A DNA stretch of 64,000 bases, from assembly GCA_973895155.1 (NCBI GenBank), contig OZ316899.1, positions 393,473-457,472 of the forward strand, in the 5' to 3' direction. Source of the stretch: Marsupella aquatica (taxonomy: Eukaryota > Plantae > Marchantiophyta). The translations under genes and the position numbers were made by a program. Under the pieces are notes generated by a model that ran no database searches, was not told the origin of the DNA, and saw only the letters and a list, made by a program, of their open reading frames with translations. Numbering within the stretch: the stretch's first letter is position 1; each line of letters opens with the position of its first letter. Positions 22,340 through 36,038 of the stretch are shown here, piece by piece.

Positions 22340-23057
22340 CATCTTTTGCAAGATGTACAAATTATTCTGGTATAGTGTCTTAATCAAAGATGTATCACCT
22401 TTGACAACAAAGAGCACACCATGCATCACGTGCAGTGAAAATGCTTCCAAAGCACCAAAGGAAATCAAATTCTTAGAGATGTTTTGTATGTGCCTGATTT
22501 TTGTCAGTGCTCGCATAACATTATCAAACATCCAGAATTTGATAGTGCCCATGCCAACAATTGCACATCAAACACCATTGCCAATTTCCACCATACCGGT
22601 ACAAGGTTGGTAAGTGGAGAAATACAATTGCGTTGGACACACGTGATAAGAGGAATCCAAATCTAACATAGTATACATAGAATTCATAGCACCAATACAT
22701 AGCACTTGAGCAACATCCTCATGATCAGCAATCACAATATCAGCTGAAGACGAGGACGCACCATTAGAAGCAAGACGCCTCTACTTTAATAGAGAAGGAT
22801 AATTCCACTTGATGTGGTCCTTCTCATGGCAATGCCAACACTAAACGTTCTTACTACGGGACTCTTGAAGGATGCATAGCTCATGAGAAACTACATGTGA
22901 AGAATGAGGAAGAGAATGCTCTCCCTCCAACCTATACCCCTCAAGGGGGCAGAGATGATTGGGCCTAAACCAAGCGTAGCTTATCCTAATGTAATCCAGG
23001 GTTAACTAACCCAAGTAAGGCCAAACTAGAAATCAGGAACTCAAGTCAATTCCTAAC
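22340..23057 (-). mobile_element. Copia fragment (zinc knuckle, protease region) fused to a partial LTR (about 22871-23057)
   Basis: CWHCHEKDH, WILDSDSSYHVC, VGMGTIKF...KNLISFGAL; partial LTR is homologous to 24030-24218. Confidence 0.75.
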
Positions 23058-23913
23058 ATTGGCCTTGCACCCTCGCAAAAAAAAAAACTCCTGAGAGAAG
23101 GGGGTCTATTGTAACTTCCCCTTCTTAATGCTCCCTTATTAAAAGCTCCCACAACAAGGGTGCATTAAAGCCCCCCACCTCACCAGCTTTTAGTCACACC
23201 TGCTAGGGCCTCGTGCCCTGCAATAAAGTACACCCCTGACAAGGGAGTTTGCTGCTCCCACTCCCTACTCCCCCTCCCTACGCCCCCTTCCTACTTAATG
23301 CAATATCTTTGGGTAAACTGTATCTCTCCCATGCGCTGCTTGTACGGCCTTGCACCGGCATACAAAAGTACTCACCCTCCCCTTTGCGCCTAGCTCCTCG
23401 TTCCAGTTTCCTTTGGTACAAATACCCGTCCGCGCGGCCGCAAAGAGTTGCGTGCAACAACCTCGAGGAGTGTACAAAGAGGGGAAATGACACCTTTCCT
23501 AAGGAAAAAAACCTTGTTGTTTCCCACAAGAACCCACAACCCCTCCAACCCATAGGTGATAAACTAACCACTAAGAGCCATACTTGAAATTTTCAAACTC
23601 AAAACAACAATACATAAGATAATATTGCTCCGCACTCGCCAAATGAAATATTATGAAATTTCCACCAAAACAAAGTGCCTACTAATACACACAGTAAATT
23701 GTTCTCTCAACAGTACCTTCAATGACACCTCCAACACTTCGATTGAAGTTTCAATTGGGAATCCATCACCTCATTCAAACAAGAAACGATCAATGCAAAA
23801 TGACCAGTAAAACAATCATGCATCCGTCAACGACGACTAAATCTTTCACCCCAATTCAACACAATGAACGATCCCACCATTTTGCCTAGGCACCTAAACC
23901 TTGAACACAAAAA

Positions 23914-24232
23914 TCTGATACACACTTGTAAGAAACTATTGGCTCCAGACTAGACAACAACTACGGCACATGAGAATACTCAATCTCACACTACACCAAC
24001 AAGACACCACAATGGAGAAACTCCTGAAGTATCCATAGCTCATGAGAAAGTACATGTGAAGAATGAGGGAGAGAATGCTCTCCCACTAACCTATACCCCT
24101 AGGGGGGCCGAGATGTGTGGGCCTAAACTAAGCTGATCTTATCCTAATGTAATTCAGGGTTAACTAAGCCTAGTAAGGCCAAACTAACTAAGTCAGGAAC
24201 TCGAGTCAATTCCTAACAATCTCCACCTTGAC
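23914..24232 (-). mobile_element. Copia LTR (23927-24218) with PPT on one side and decayed tRNA-iMet PBS on the other
   Basis: Minus strand: GTCAAGGTGGAGAT then TGTTAGG...TTCTTACA then AGTGTGTATCAGA. Confidence 0.75.
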
Positions 24233-24789
24233 TCCAATGTCATAACGGTGATGATGATTGTCAAGTAGTGATGGGAGGTTCTCCATTGGGTTGACACATC
24301 ATTGTTGGGTTGGCCTGCGTAGTTTGTTGGTGTTGTTCTTGTGTCTCTCCTGGGCAATTTCACCATGGCCTACTGGTTTGCTTTTCATGATAGGTTTTGC
24401 CTTTGCATTGTGACTGTGCTCCTTCCCTTGCATGCAAGAATGATGCCCTAGGAGGGGTTTTTGGGCAAGGTGCTTTTTTATTGTAGTGCCTTGGCCGCTG
24501 AGACCCATGGTTGGTCGACTCAAGTGTTCCCCTTTGGGCCGTTTCGTTGTGTGTTGGTTTCTGATACTAGCCCAATTACCTATTCCTTGAAAATAGATAT
24601 GAAAAAAAACAAATCTTGCACAAGAACATTCTATGCTATTTGATCTTTGCCCATCCCTGTTTTTTTTTCAAAGTCAAAATTTTCAATTTTACGTTTATTC
24701 TGCGTGATGGGGGGAACCAGCGCGGCCAAACGGCATCAGAAACCCATCCCTGTTTTTTGTCCACTCTCAATTCAATTGTGCCTTTATTT

Positions 24790-25155
24790 ATAGTCAATGT
24801 TACTTTTGTCCATCCTCATTTTAAGATTTGTTCTTATTGAGACTCATTATCACTTTTGTATATATTGGGAGTTGCTTTGGGAATTCCGGTCTAAAGACTT
24901 CACTTATACCTAGGCCCTTTAATGTCGCTTCTGTGGATACTCATTTTAAGATTTGTTCTTATTGAGACTCATTATCAGTTTGTCTCTATTGGGATTGTCT
25001 CTATTGGGAGTTCCAGTCTGAGACTTCAGTCTATACCTAGGCCCCTCAATGTCACTTTTGTCCATCCTCCTTATCAGTTTTGTCTCTATTGGGAGTTAGA
25101 GTCTAGAGTCTATACCTAGGCCCTTAAGAGTAGTCTATACCTAGGCCCTTAAGTA
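24790..25155 (+). repeat. Degenerate tandem repeat with CTATACCTAGGCCC core (4 copies, shrinking unit length)
   Basis: Core at about 24910, 25031, 25091-25103 and 25135; longer duplicated block CTCATTTTAAGATTTGTTCTTATTGAGACTCATTATCA at about 24815 and 24941. Confidence 0.7.
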
Positions 25156-26947
25156 GTTTGTAGTTCACGCTTTTATAGTAACTTGGGTCTGTTGTGGTGT
25201 CCTTGTTGAGGCGAGGCAGCTGCCTCCCGGCCTCCTCAGGGAGCTGTCCCTTTTTGTGTTGTATGATGTGGCACTGCTTGCTTCCCCTCATCCCCAGAAT
25301 TTTCATGGAATTGATAAAATCGTAGAAAAAATTCCAAGGAAACCTGTACATTTTTAGATTCAAGAGTTGCTTTGGTGGAGTTGATGACCATTTGGAACGT
25401 GATAGGCCACAACAATGTAGAATTAGTCTTTCTTGGACTGTTTTGGTACATTGAAAGCTTTCATATAATATCTCCATTGTTACTTCGTGGCCTCGTGGCC
25501 ATACTCTCTACGTATACTTTGAGACAAGGTCGCTCCATACTCTCTATGTATATGGTCAGACAAGGTCTAGCAGTCGTCACTCATCCTCAATAAGAATTGT
25601 AGAATCTCAAAGAAATGCAAAGATGGCTTCTTGGGTTACCTCTCGTGCACACATTTCTGCAAGCATTGCGAAGAAGTGAACTGCCTCCTGACTATGTAAT
25701 GTAACTCATAGACATATTTACAAGGATATATTAGTACAAACTCATTGATGAATGTCACACCAGGGAACCAAAAATAACTCAAGGTAACAAATCCAGATGG
25801 AGAGTCTGAGGAAAATCCTTTGAACCCTACTAGACTGCACTGTAATATCTTTTGAAAGCATAATAGCTACCCCAGAAAGGAAATGCCTTTGTGTCCCTGA
25901 CCTGGGTTGAAGAACGAAAAGACTGCATAATGGTATGCAAGGGAGTCCCCTCCCACAATCCTGGAACTCCACTAGAGATTCTAGGGTTCCTGGCAGTCGA
26001 TTCTTGGACAATACATCATGATTGGCGACAAAATGCGAGTCCAGAGTTCCTAGCAGTAGACTCTTAAGACTGTCATGATTAGTCACAGAGAATATGTTCT
26101 TCTTGATTGGTAGGGACTTCGACCTTCCTCCAGAACCTTCGAAATCTAAAAGTGGAGGATGACATGAGTTAGAAGGGTGATATCGTGGACACCACCTTGT
26201 GTGTCATGGTGACATTTGGATTCTAGAAAAGATGGAAATCCCAACTGATATCTGATTATTCTCAGCCTCTTTGAGTTATTTCAAGCTATCACACGGTGAC
26301 CAGAAATAACAGCGTCGAAAACCAAAGACTAGCACTAAAATGAATCTCCGCATTAAACCCAAGCACGATGTGAACACAATTCGATAAGGTTGCTCACTCA
26401 TAACTACACAGGAAGCAAGGCTCTGATCACTGCGTATGCCGTCTGTGCAGCAACAAGTAAACAAACATTACTCCGTGATTTCTCACTTACGAACTAAACT
26501 GAGTAGTCTCAAACCCTTCCAAGAGTTTTGATCTGTAATGCCTGCCAAAGCGGAAAACATTCCTAGGCTCCGTTGTTCCGACCTACAATATGACAGCCGA
26601 ATTACCGAAAAACGGGCAAGACTTGCCTCGACATCCCAATCACAAGAAGAGTTAGAACACACCTCAGCATGGGCCTGATAATCACGCCAATCACTCTGTC
26701 CTCAACAGATGAGCTTATTAGTAAACCCATTTTTTGGCTACTGATCCGTCTTAAATTGGAAACTTTGAGGCCAATATTGAGTTGTGACATCCCAATGTTT
26801 GAGGACCACTTCTCAGGGTCGGCCATTACTAGCAGCAAGCTTTTCCATAGGGCTCCCAGATGTCCAAGTGGCTGCAACAGGTGCACAATATCATAATCCT
26901 TGTAACTTTACAGCGAAGGTAAACAACACTGTTTAAACTGCGAGACA

Positions 26948-28991
26948 TTAGGCGAGATAGCGATAGAGTTTCCTGTCAGATCTATCCCTTTCAAGAAATT
27001 CACGTTCAATAAGAGATTCGATACGCTTTTTAATGACTGCAGGGTTGGGAAGAAATCGGGCTTGTAACTGCTTTGTGACCTCGCTGATAATGTTATTGTG
27101 ATCTAAAACACGTCTCGACTTCATAATTCTAACCACTGCTGCTTCTATCTGTGGCTTCCTATCTTCCTCCACTTTCTGGCGGGTTTCTTGCTTTTCAGGT
27201 TCACTCTCCTTCTGAGCAACTACTGTACTAATCTTGACCTTGTAAAATTTACTCACAAACTTATCATTGAAAAGGAAAACATCGTCCTCCCTAATGTCCT
27301 TGCTCATCGGCTCCTTCCGCAGGACATTTTTGCCTTTCACACATGCTAGTGATTGGAGATTCCTCTTCAGATCCTGACATGGCATATCGGTAGCTTGCTC
27401 AATTTCTCGATAATTTAACTTGTCAGCCATGTTGAAAAGCGAGAGGACACACATTTGATACGTTGAAACATTGAGCTCGTGTTTTTGTCCATTCCCAAAG
27501 GTGGCTTTCAGATCTGCAGTTCCCATGTTGGTTTGCCATGTAAGGCGCCGACCTGTATGTGTAGACAAATAGTAAGCCTTGAACTTGTCGCACATACTGA
27601 GAACCTCTGTTGGCAGATTACACCTAGCACCGGATTGCGTTGGCCAAGAACCGGTTGTGAGCACCTGCACAGCTAGAGTGGGGCCTTCACTAGATTCGGT
27701 AGAAGAGAGCATGGCATTGAAACCATGCATGGTATCCCTTGATGTCTTCATATCAGTGAACATGCCCTCGAGCTTGGATGTGAACTGGTATCCACACTCG
27801 GTCTTCAACTTAACAATCAAGCTTCTTTCAGCATCATCAGACACAGTTCTGCCTGACAAGAGACGCTTTGCCAGATGCTGCTTATAATACTTCTCAAATA
27901 CGTCTTTCTCTTGCAAATACCGGAACAACATCATCACCTTGTCCAGCACGGTCTCAACGTCCTCCTCGCTGACACCCTTCAAACCCTTACGAAGCTTATC
28001 ATCTACAAAAAGAGAAATAAATTCCGGCGACCTAATATTGAGATTGATGAAGTACTCGAAGGAAGAATTCAATGCATTTTGAAAGGTCTTATCGTTGTTA
28101 AAAGACAAGCGTATGACATTGTCATATTTATCCTTCTCATCCAGTAGCCCTTGCACAAACTCTACAGGGTCCTTCAATCTTTCGGGATCCATCACAAGCT
28201 GTTTGCCGGTTTCTCGAAGATGGCTGATCATGACCTCCCGAATAATTTGCAATCCGGTGGTAACACGACGAAACAGACTATACATTCGGGCCAGATCATC
28301 GTACTTATCATCGACGAACATGGACACGAGCCCAGAATTCTCCATCTCCACAAGAAGCTTCATGTGAGAACCGATCATTTCCCTCTCAACGACTGCAGTA
28401 ATTTTCATCTCACTCTGTCCATCAAGATAGTGAGTAACCCGCTCTATTTCTTCGTTGAGCCTCCTCTCTGCCTTTCTCAGATAGTCCGAACAATCACTGG
28501 TTTGAATGAATTGTTGTGATTCGAGTCTGTAGAAGTCGGCCGCGGCGTCCAGAAAGGGCTTCTCAAAGTCTTCCTGATACACAGTTGGCCCCAGATCCAT
28601 TAACATCTTGGTAATGTTGCGCATCAACCCCCTATTTATAACCTCACCAGTTCGTTCCCTATGTACAAGGTCAAGAAGTGTATCCAACAAGCGATCCCTG
28701 ATTTTAGATGATCGGAGAATGTTATCCCTCCACAAATTGAGCCCCAGCTCATGAACAGGAGTCTTATTATAATTAGTCACATACGTTCTGTCCATATACA
28801 TCAGAATGTCCCGAATCATCTGCAAAGATTTGTTGTGCTCCAACCACTTATTGTTGAGTTCTTCCAAAAACAGCCCTCCTTGGGCAGACTCAATCGCCTT
28901 CGCAACTTCACGCAGATGCTGTGTCATGGTGTTAACGAGACCCGAATATAGTTTCTCGCCATACTTATGAAGGACCATGTTGTAGGCATTC
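26948..28991 (-). CDS. CUL3: Cullin-3, exon 2
   Basis: NAYNMVLHKYGEKLY..., cullin homology domain, neddylation motif EAAVVRIMKSRR and C-terminus KKRIESLIEREFLERDRSDRKLYRYLA; acceptor TAG at 28992-28994. Confidence 0.98.
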
Positions 28992-29690
28992 CTACACAAC
29001 AATCCAGGAAGGTACAACACGTTACTGAAATAGCAAGCTACCACCTACAATAGGGACTAAATTTCTTGGATAAGCATGTTTCTGGGGCTTCCCAAATCAC
29101 CAAGAGCCGTCGTAATTCCTAGAGAAAGCATCGCCACAACATCCCGAGCCCCTAAGGGATGCGACAGGACGTACGGGAGGAAGCGAGAGTAGAGTAGAGA
29201 AGAAAAGAGGGACTGTGGGTGTGTGGGGGGGGGGACTGCTATCACGCCGATAACCAGCCTCTAGATACCAGTTCTACCAAAGTGATAACACAGTTGACCA
29301 GGCACGCAGTACCGGGGAGGGACGACAAAATGACGGCGAATACCGAGGAGGGCAGGAACATGCTCCCAAGCACAGTAACGGTTACTCTTTCCCTGACAAA
29401 TTGGTTTAAACTGCACGGAAGACAAGCTCCTCAAGCTCGTGCCCCCTGACCCTCGATAACTGTCCAAGAATACCCAATGCAAACGCAACGGAAGTACTAG
29501 TCTTCCCAAAAACCCGGAGTGGGCGATGTCGGCTGGTGGATATTAATCTGCAAATCGAGTCACATGACTCGAAAAATCGAACCAACAGGATAAATCCGGC
29601 TGAACTGCCGAAATACGTCTCTTTCGGCAAAGCGTGGAAACCTGAGAGAGTGGTTCACTGACCAACGAAGAGAATAGAGTAATTGCATAC

Positions 29691-29851
29691 CTGTACAGTT
29701 CCTCGAAGCTCAATCCGCTTGCATTGTGGTTGTAGATTTCTTGAATGGCATCCTCCAAGATTTTCCACGTCTTCTCTGCATACCGAGGATCCATCTCCAC
29801 CTTATGCTTAAATGGCTCGATCTTAAAGTTCATCCTCTTTGGCTGACTCAT
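29691..29851 (-). CDS. CUL3: Cullin-3, exon 1
   Basis: MSQPKRMNFKIEPFKHKVEMDPRYAEKTWKILEDAIQEIYNHNASGLSFEELYR; GT donor at 29690; 161+2044 nt = 735 codons including stop. Confidence 0.96.
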
Positions 29852-30849
29852 CGTGAAAACACCCGATGGACGGAGATGGAAAGGCACTCCAAGTGGCAGG
29901 GGTAGGAGGATGCGATCCAAATCAGAAGGAGCAGCACTCTTACTTCATGCTCGAACAGCTCCACCAGCTCAGAATAGAGTTCTCTCCCGGCATCCTCAAC
30001 AATGATCTGCGGTGGCCGGTATAAGGAAGCAAGACCTGGAATGCACGTCGTACGAACCGTCTCGAGTAGTAAGATTTACTTCGTAATTTGTTGTACATAG
30101 GTACGAACGACAAAGACACGAGCGGATCTCGACTCGCAATCTGACAGAGGACCAACTGGCTTAGGTCGGTTGGTTAGGGGATTAGTCCGGGACGTGAGAT
30201 GCCCTGGGTTCAATACTGCAAGGGTGGGGTGAGTTTTGTGTATGGGACTTTTGATTATCGACTCTTTTGTGTATGGGACTTTTGACTATCTACTCGGCCC
30301 CTGGTTGAACACTTTATGGCCCTGATTTAACACTCTCTCCCTCCTGGTGGAGTCCCTATGGGATGAGTGTGGGCTCACCCTGAAATGAGTTCCTTACAAT
30401 GAATGTATGTCAAGGGAGAGTCTACTAAGAGCATCTCCAGTGGTTTGGAGTTTGCGCGCTGCTATCCCCATTGGATGGCGGAGAGTATGGCACTTGCCAA
30501 AATAGCAAGTGCCAAGACCTTTGCGCAATCCCCAATGGTGACACCCCATTCTGACCTCCATTCGCTGACCACACGTACCAACTGGGCCCCACACGGATTA
30601 CGAATTTTGATGTGCAAGAGAGAAGCCTGTTGTGCGAGAGAGAAGTCGAGGCGGGAGTCAAAGTCCTGCTGAAGAACCAGATGCGCCAGCATACAGATGT
30701 CGCTCTGGGTGCATCAATTTTTTGTGTTTTGTGCTACATGTGCGCCTTGATTTTGATGCGATCTCATTGAAGCGACCTTCAACTTCTGCGGTTTCAATCA
30801 GAATAAAATTCAGTTTGGCCAGGATTGTACTATATCTGTTCAATGGAGC

Positions 30850-32138
30850 AACTGGAAAGATGGCTGGCGGATCTCGATGAAGAATTGGAAGAGGAGGAGG
30901 CTAAATGGGATGAGGAACAAAGATTGTGGAAGTTGATGATGTTCAGTGGACCCCTTGCTACTGCAAATTTTTCCAGGCAACCCAGGAAAAGAAAGCACAG
31001 AGGGTCTAGGCCAGGCAGGAGTGAGAATGTGGAGAGGTGTAGAAAAGAGGGCAGAATACCTCTGGAATGATTATTTTTCTAATAGTCCAACCTGTGACGA
31101 GTTGAAATTTTGGAGGAGATTTAGAATCAGTAGAAGTTTGTTTAGCAAAATTCTTGTTGATGTGTGTGCACATGACACTTACTTTTGCCTAAAGGTTGAT
31201 GTTGCATGGAAAGTAGACTTGTCTCCACATCAAAAATTTACTGCAACATCTTATGGAATTGGGGCGGATGCTTTGGAAGAGTACTGTAGAATTGGTGAAA
31301 GCAAAGCATTGGAGTCTCTTTATCGCTTTGTGAAAGCCATCACAGAGTGTATGAGGGTCACTATTTGAGGAAGCTAGCTGCTGAAGATTTCCAAAATCAC
31401 CTTCAAATTAATGCAAATAGAGGTTTTCCAGGTATGTTTGGCTCATTGGATTGCATGCACTGGGCGTGGAATATTGCCTATTGCTTGGCAAGGCCAATAC
31501 ACTAACAAGGACAAGAACAAGTTTATCATCTTGGAGGCCATTGTTAATCAAGAATTGTGGATTTGACATGCTTTTTTTGGACTGGCTGGGGGAAACAATG
31601 ATCTCAATGTTCTTGACCGCTCACCACTTATAAATGAATGGTTGCGCAATGATTCAACCAATGTCAGTTTCCATGTGAATGGTACAGAGGGCAACAAGCT
31701 TATTTTGTGGTTGATGGAATTTATCCTGAGTGGTCTATGTTCATATCCACTATGCACATGCCACAATCTGAAAAGTTGAAGCATTTTGCAAGGTGCCAAG
31801 AAGTAGCCAGGAAGGATGTGGAGAGGGCTTTTGGGGTACTCCAAGCTAGATCTGAGATAGTGAAGAGGCCTGCATGGTCTTGGTATGAAAAAAACATTGT
31901 TAACATTTTGCTTGCACGTGTCATCCTTCACAATATGATTATTGAGGATGAAACGGATGATAATTTCCCTCCATATTTAAGAGTTGGCGTTGCAAGAGTT
32001 AACAGGGGAAATCTGCCGTGGTTGGAGTTCCTTGCTGCAATAGCTAAAATTAACAACAAGGCCAACCATTTTTGTCTAAGAAATGACATTGTTGACCACC
32101 TTTGGAGTCGAAGAGGGTCTGGCCTTTCTGACCATTGA
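30850..32138 (+). pseudogene. Harbinger transposase, frameshifted
   Basis: LWNDYFS...FWRRFRISRSLF, GMFGSLDCMHWAW, GGNNDLNVLDRS, DGIYPEW, RKDVERAFGVLQAR, ILHNMIIEDE. Confidence 0.9.
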
Positions 32139-33949
32139 AAGTCAGGTGAGTCTTTCTTTTTGAAATCTGCATTTCTTTTGGAGTCAAAGGTCAAAGTATT
32201 GCAGGAACATCTCGAGGCCAGGGTACAATGACAGGGTACGAGTCACACTTGGATTGACTCGTTGAATAGGTACAACACACTTGGGGGATATTGTCGAGGC
32301 AGTTTGTTTGGTACCAGGGGAACAAAAGTCCACACAAGGAAATGTATGCAGCAGGTTTAAGCAACATAGACTTCTGCCTTTGTCACTCACATTGGAGCTG
32401 AAGTTTTACTTTTCATTTTGCTGCCTCATCTGAAGCAATTGACATACCCTAAAATTTTGCAGGCTGAAATGAGGAGATCAGTTGGTGGAATGAGTGAATT
32501 GCTGGTTGCAAGCAATTGTATTTCACCTGGCCCATCCACTCACGCCAACATGGAGAAACCACAGTCGTTCAAGGAGGTCCATGCAAAACCCAGGGCTTTG
32601 CCAATCAAGGTACCAAGGAAGGGAAATATTTCCAGGAAATCACTGTTGGAGATGAAGGTCATGGAGTTCCTGCCTGAAAATTTCTGAAGAGACACGCCTA
32701 ATGGCAAGCATGGAGGATTCCAAAGAGGATGATGTTGTGACAGATGCAGAGAGCACCAACAATGCATCCTGGAGTGACGATTGCTATGTGGTGATTACTC
32801 AACACCCCCCTAGCCCAATTCGCAGACCGCCGAGAGCTCAATCTTAGGTTTTTGTGGTGGAGCTTGGATTCTATACCATGGGCATGTATGTATTATGTTA
32901 GTTTTTTGCCCACAGACTTATGTTTTGTTATGGCAAAGTTCAACACAAGTAGGGTTGAAACTAGGAATGCCCATGAGGAATATGAAGGCCTTGCATTGCA
33001 TTTAATTTCGTAATGACATTGTTTAAATGTGATGAAACGGCCTCTGTCATTTGCAATTCAGTATGCAATGTCCAATGTTCACTGAGTGCAAGGAAGCAAT
33101 TTTATTCATAAGAAACACATGAATACAGTTGAAGCCATTCAAGGTTGCAAAGAAATCCATGACTACAATTGGCTAGCCAATAAACTTTGGAATGAAAATC
33201 CAGCTTGATCAGGCTGAATTTTGCACTCAAAGTCTGCATTGTCCACAAACACTAAACCCTAATACATGTGGGCTTCTGGTCGGGCCAACCATTCTCTTGA
33301 GAAATATGGGAATTGGTTTCTGAATAGCAAAAGGAGCAGGTCCACTACTTTGCATCTGTGCTTTTAGCTTCATTCACTACAACACTACCGACCCCTTTTG
33401 CGAACCCCGTCCCATCGCAACTAACAAAGGACCAAATTATGAAATTCTGGCGTTTGCGAAACGCTACGCATCGCAACCCTTTCGCATTCTTTGAAACCCA
33501 CAGCTTCGCAATCGGACTTTCGCAACCCCTTTGCAACACCTTCGCACACTGCAAAACTTATTTTATCGCACATAAATCACATTTATGCGATCTCGACAGA
33601 CTCTTTATCGGTTTGCAACGCGCTCTGAACTATAACTTATTTGCGAAGTTGTTGTCTTGACAATTCTGTTGCCATTCATATGGTATCACATAACTGCGTC
33701 AGTCAGGGTGTCGCACAATTGCGGAACCAAAAGTATCGCAATGTTCCAATACTCAATGTATGGCAAGTTTGCGATAGTATGGCGTTTGCATGTGTTTCGC
33801 AAGGATAGTTTGAGGGCTGGGTTTTGTATATTTGGGTTCATAATTGGGTTGGGGTCTTATTGCTCCACATGAAGATACCAAAGCAAAACTTTATATATGC
33901 CAAAAATCCCTGAATGTACAAAAATTAGGGTTTTCTAAAACCCTATGGG

Positions 33950-36038
33950 GTATCAAATACCAAGACACTGTCCTTTGACTAATCCATATGCCATATGGAG
34001 TGAACTACATCTGCATCCTCTAGAATGGAGCCCGCCTACTCCTCTTTGCTGGCCTCTTCCCCTTGTCCTTCTTGCTTTGGGCGGGACGAGCTGGACGAGA
34101 GGGGGGTGGTGGTGGTGGTGGCGGTGGTGGTGGTGCCTGCTGCTCCTCCCCATCTGGCTCATCCTCATCATCGTCATCATCCTCATCATCATCCTCCTGG
34201 TCTCCTGGTGTGCTAGGTGTGGCAGCACTCCCTGCCCCTCTGGACCCACTCGTGGTGGCCCCGGTAGTGTCCCCATCATCAGCGCCGCTATCCTCCTCAC
34301 TGCTATCCTCACTCCCCTCCTGCTCCTCCTTATCCTGCTTCCATGTCACAAGATTAATTCGGGTTTAGGGTTAATAGGAAAAATGTATAAACCTTATAAA
34401 TGGAATGGGTGCGGGTTTAGAAAGGGTACTACAAATCACTCACACTAGCCAACTCTGCATCAACCAACTCAAAGAGATGTCTGGCCCCATGCTCTGCCCC
34501 TATCTCCATCTCCTTTGTTGTTATCTTGCGGCGGTACCTCTTATACTACCACAAAAAAATGAAACACCAAAACATAAGGGGCCCGGGTTAGTAACTAAGG
34601 GTACTTAAGCAAAAAAGGAATCCTAAAAAGGGTAAAAAGGGTACCCTAACCAGAAAAAAACCCCATTACCCTAACAAACATTTGTCACTCGACACTAAAC
34701 GTTTTTCAAAATGAAACAAGCTTTGCGAAATAGACTGCGAATCGGATTGCTTCGCAATGGCTTCGCAAACCTTACGGGAAAAAGGTTATAATAGAGTTTG
34801 CGAAACAATTGCGAGGCAACCCGCTTCGCAATTGTTTCGCAAACTGTGCTTTTAAAAAAATCCAAGAAATGGCTAAGGCACGCAATGTGTCAGGGTGACC
34901 TAAAACGAAAGGGGAGGCCATAAGGGGTAAAGCAGAGGTCTGCGAGGGGCATTGCAGGCAAGCAAACAACAATTGAAGGCGAAGGAAAAGAAGCAGGGGA
35001 GGAGGGGAGAGGACTCACGAAGGTTGCTTTCAGGCCGGGAAGTCCACCTTGCCCCATCTTGTGTGTGGTCTTGGGGCGTTTGCTGACTCGGTCTGCTGCA
35101 AGGATGAACTTCTGGGGTGGTGTCCCCACTTCATCCACGATGTGCTGCAGCTGAGAGACCTTCTCAGCCAATGCCTTGAGGTCTTTGTCTGACTTCCCGG
35201 CCTGAAGTGCCTTGGCCTCCTTCTCCTTCCAGAATTGGAGGTCCTTGGCTGCTTTTAGCTGCACCTCGACCTTATAGAACGCGTTCCACACATCCTCTGT
35301 AAATTGCACTGGCCTCCTCACGTTCCTGTACTCCTGCAAGCTTGCCAGGTAGGCCCTCACCTTCCTCCTATCATGGTATCGTGCTTGAGACATTGAATTC
35401 GAAATTCTATCTGCAAGCCACTGGTCATCAATCTCTGCTCCATTTGTGAATGAATCTTTGACCTGAGTCATTACTTTCCTCTACTCTGCTCTGCTTAGTT
35501 TCCCCCACTCAACACCTCGTGCAAAGCTAGTCCTCACAGCAAGCCTGATAGTGCTCTTTGCCCCAGTGTAGGCCAACTCAGTAGGAATGCCCTCAACCAA
35601 GGCAATCAATGGCAACTTCTTCCTCTCTTCCTCCTTTTTCCGCTGCGCCTCACGTTGTGCTCGAATCTCATCTCGTTCCTCCCTTCTCCTCTTCTTTTCG
35701 AGGGCTACAGGAGAGAGTACTCCTGCCTTAGCCCTCTCCTCCTTCTTTCGTTTCTTCTCTCTGGCCTTCTCCTCAGCTGCAGCCTTTGCCTCTTTCTCCC
35801 TCTGAGCCTGCCCTGCTGCAACCCCGGTTTGCAAAGCTTGCCCTAGAATTGCACTCAAAGAAGCAATCCCAGTTGGTGTACTCAAATCCAAATGGCTCAG
35901 CTGTGTGGCATTGAGATGCTCGGCCATCAAATTCGTCCATTGATTACTCTCCTCATTCCTGTTCCCTCCATTGCCATTGCCACTCCCACTCCCACTTGCC
36001 CCTGCCCCATCCCCTCCACGCCCTCCACTAGAATCCAT
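33950..36038 (-). pseudogene. CACTA second ORF (TnpA-like or unknown), with in-frame TAG at 35481-35483 and a probable intron at about 35020-34340
   Basis: ORFs 35481-36038 and 34890-35471 are in one frame; acidic and Pro-rich tail at 34020-34349; divergent from the transposase. Confidence 0.55.

Noticed and set aside
23095-23480. Possible extra Gypsy LTR (purine run then TGTAAC at 23111)
   Set aside because: No partner copy, TSD or confident 3' end found.
25124-26896. Small ORFs downstream of CUL3
   Set aside because: Short, no domain signal; probably 3' UTR or intergenic.
33953-34448. Several overlapping His-, Gly- or Ser-rich ORFs
   Set aside because: Alternative frames of the low-complexity acidic and Pro-rich tail of CACTA ORF2.
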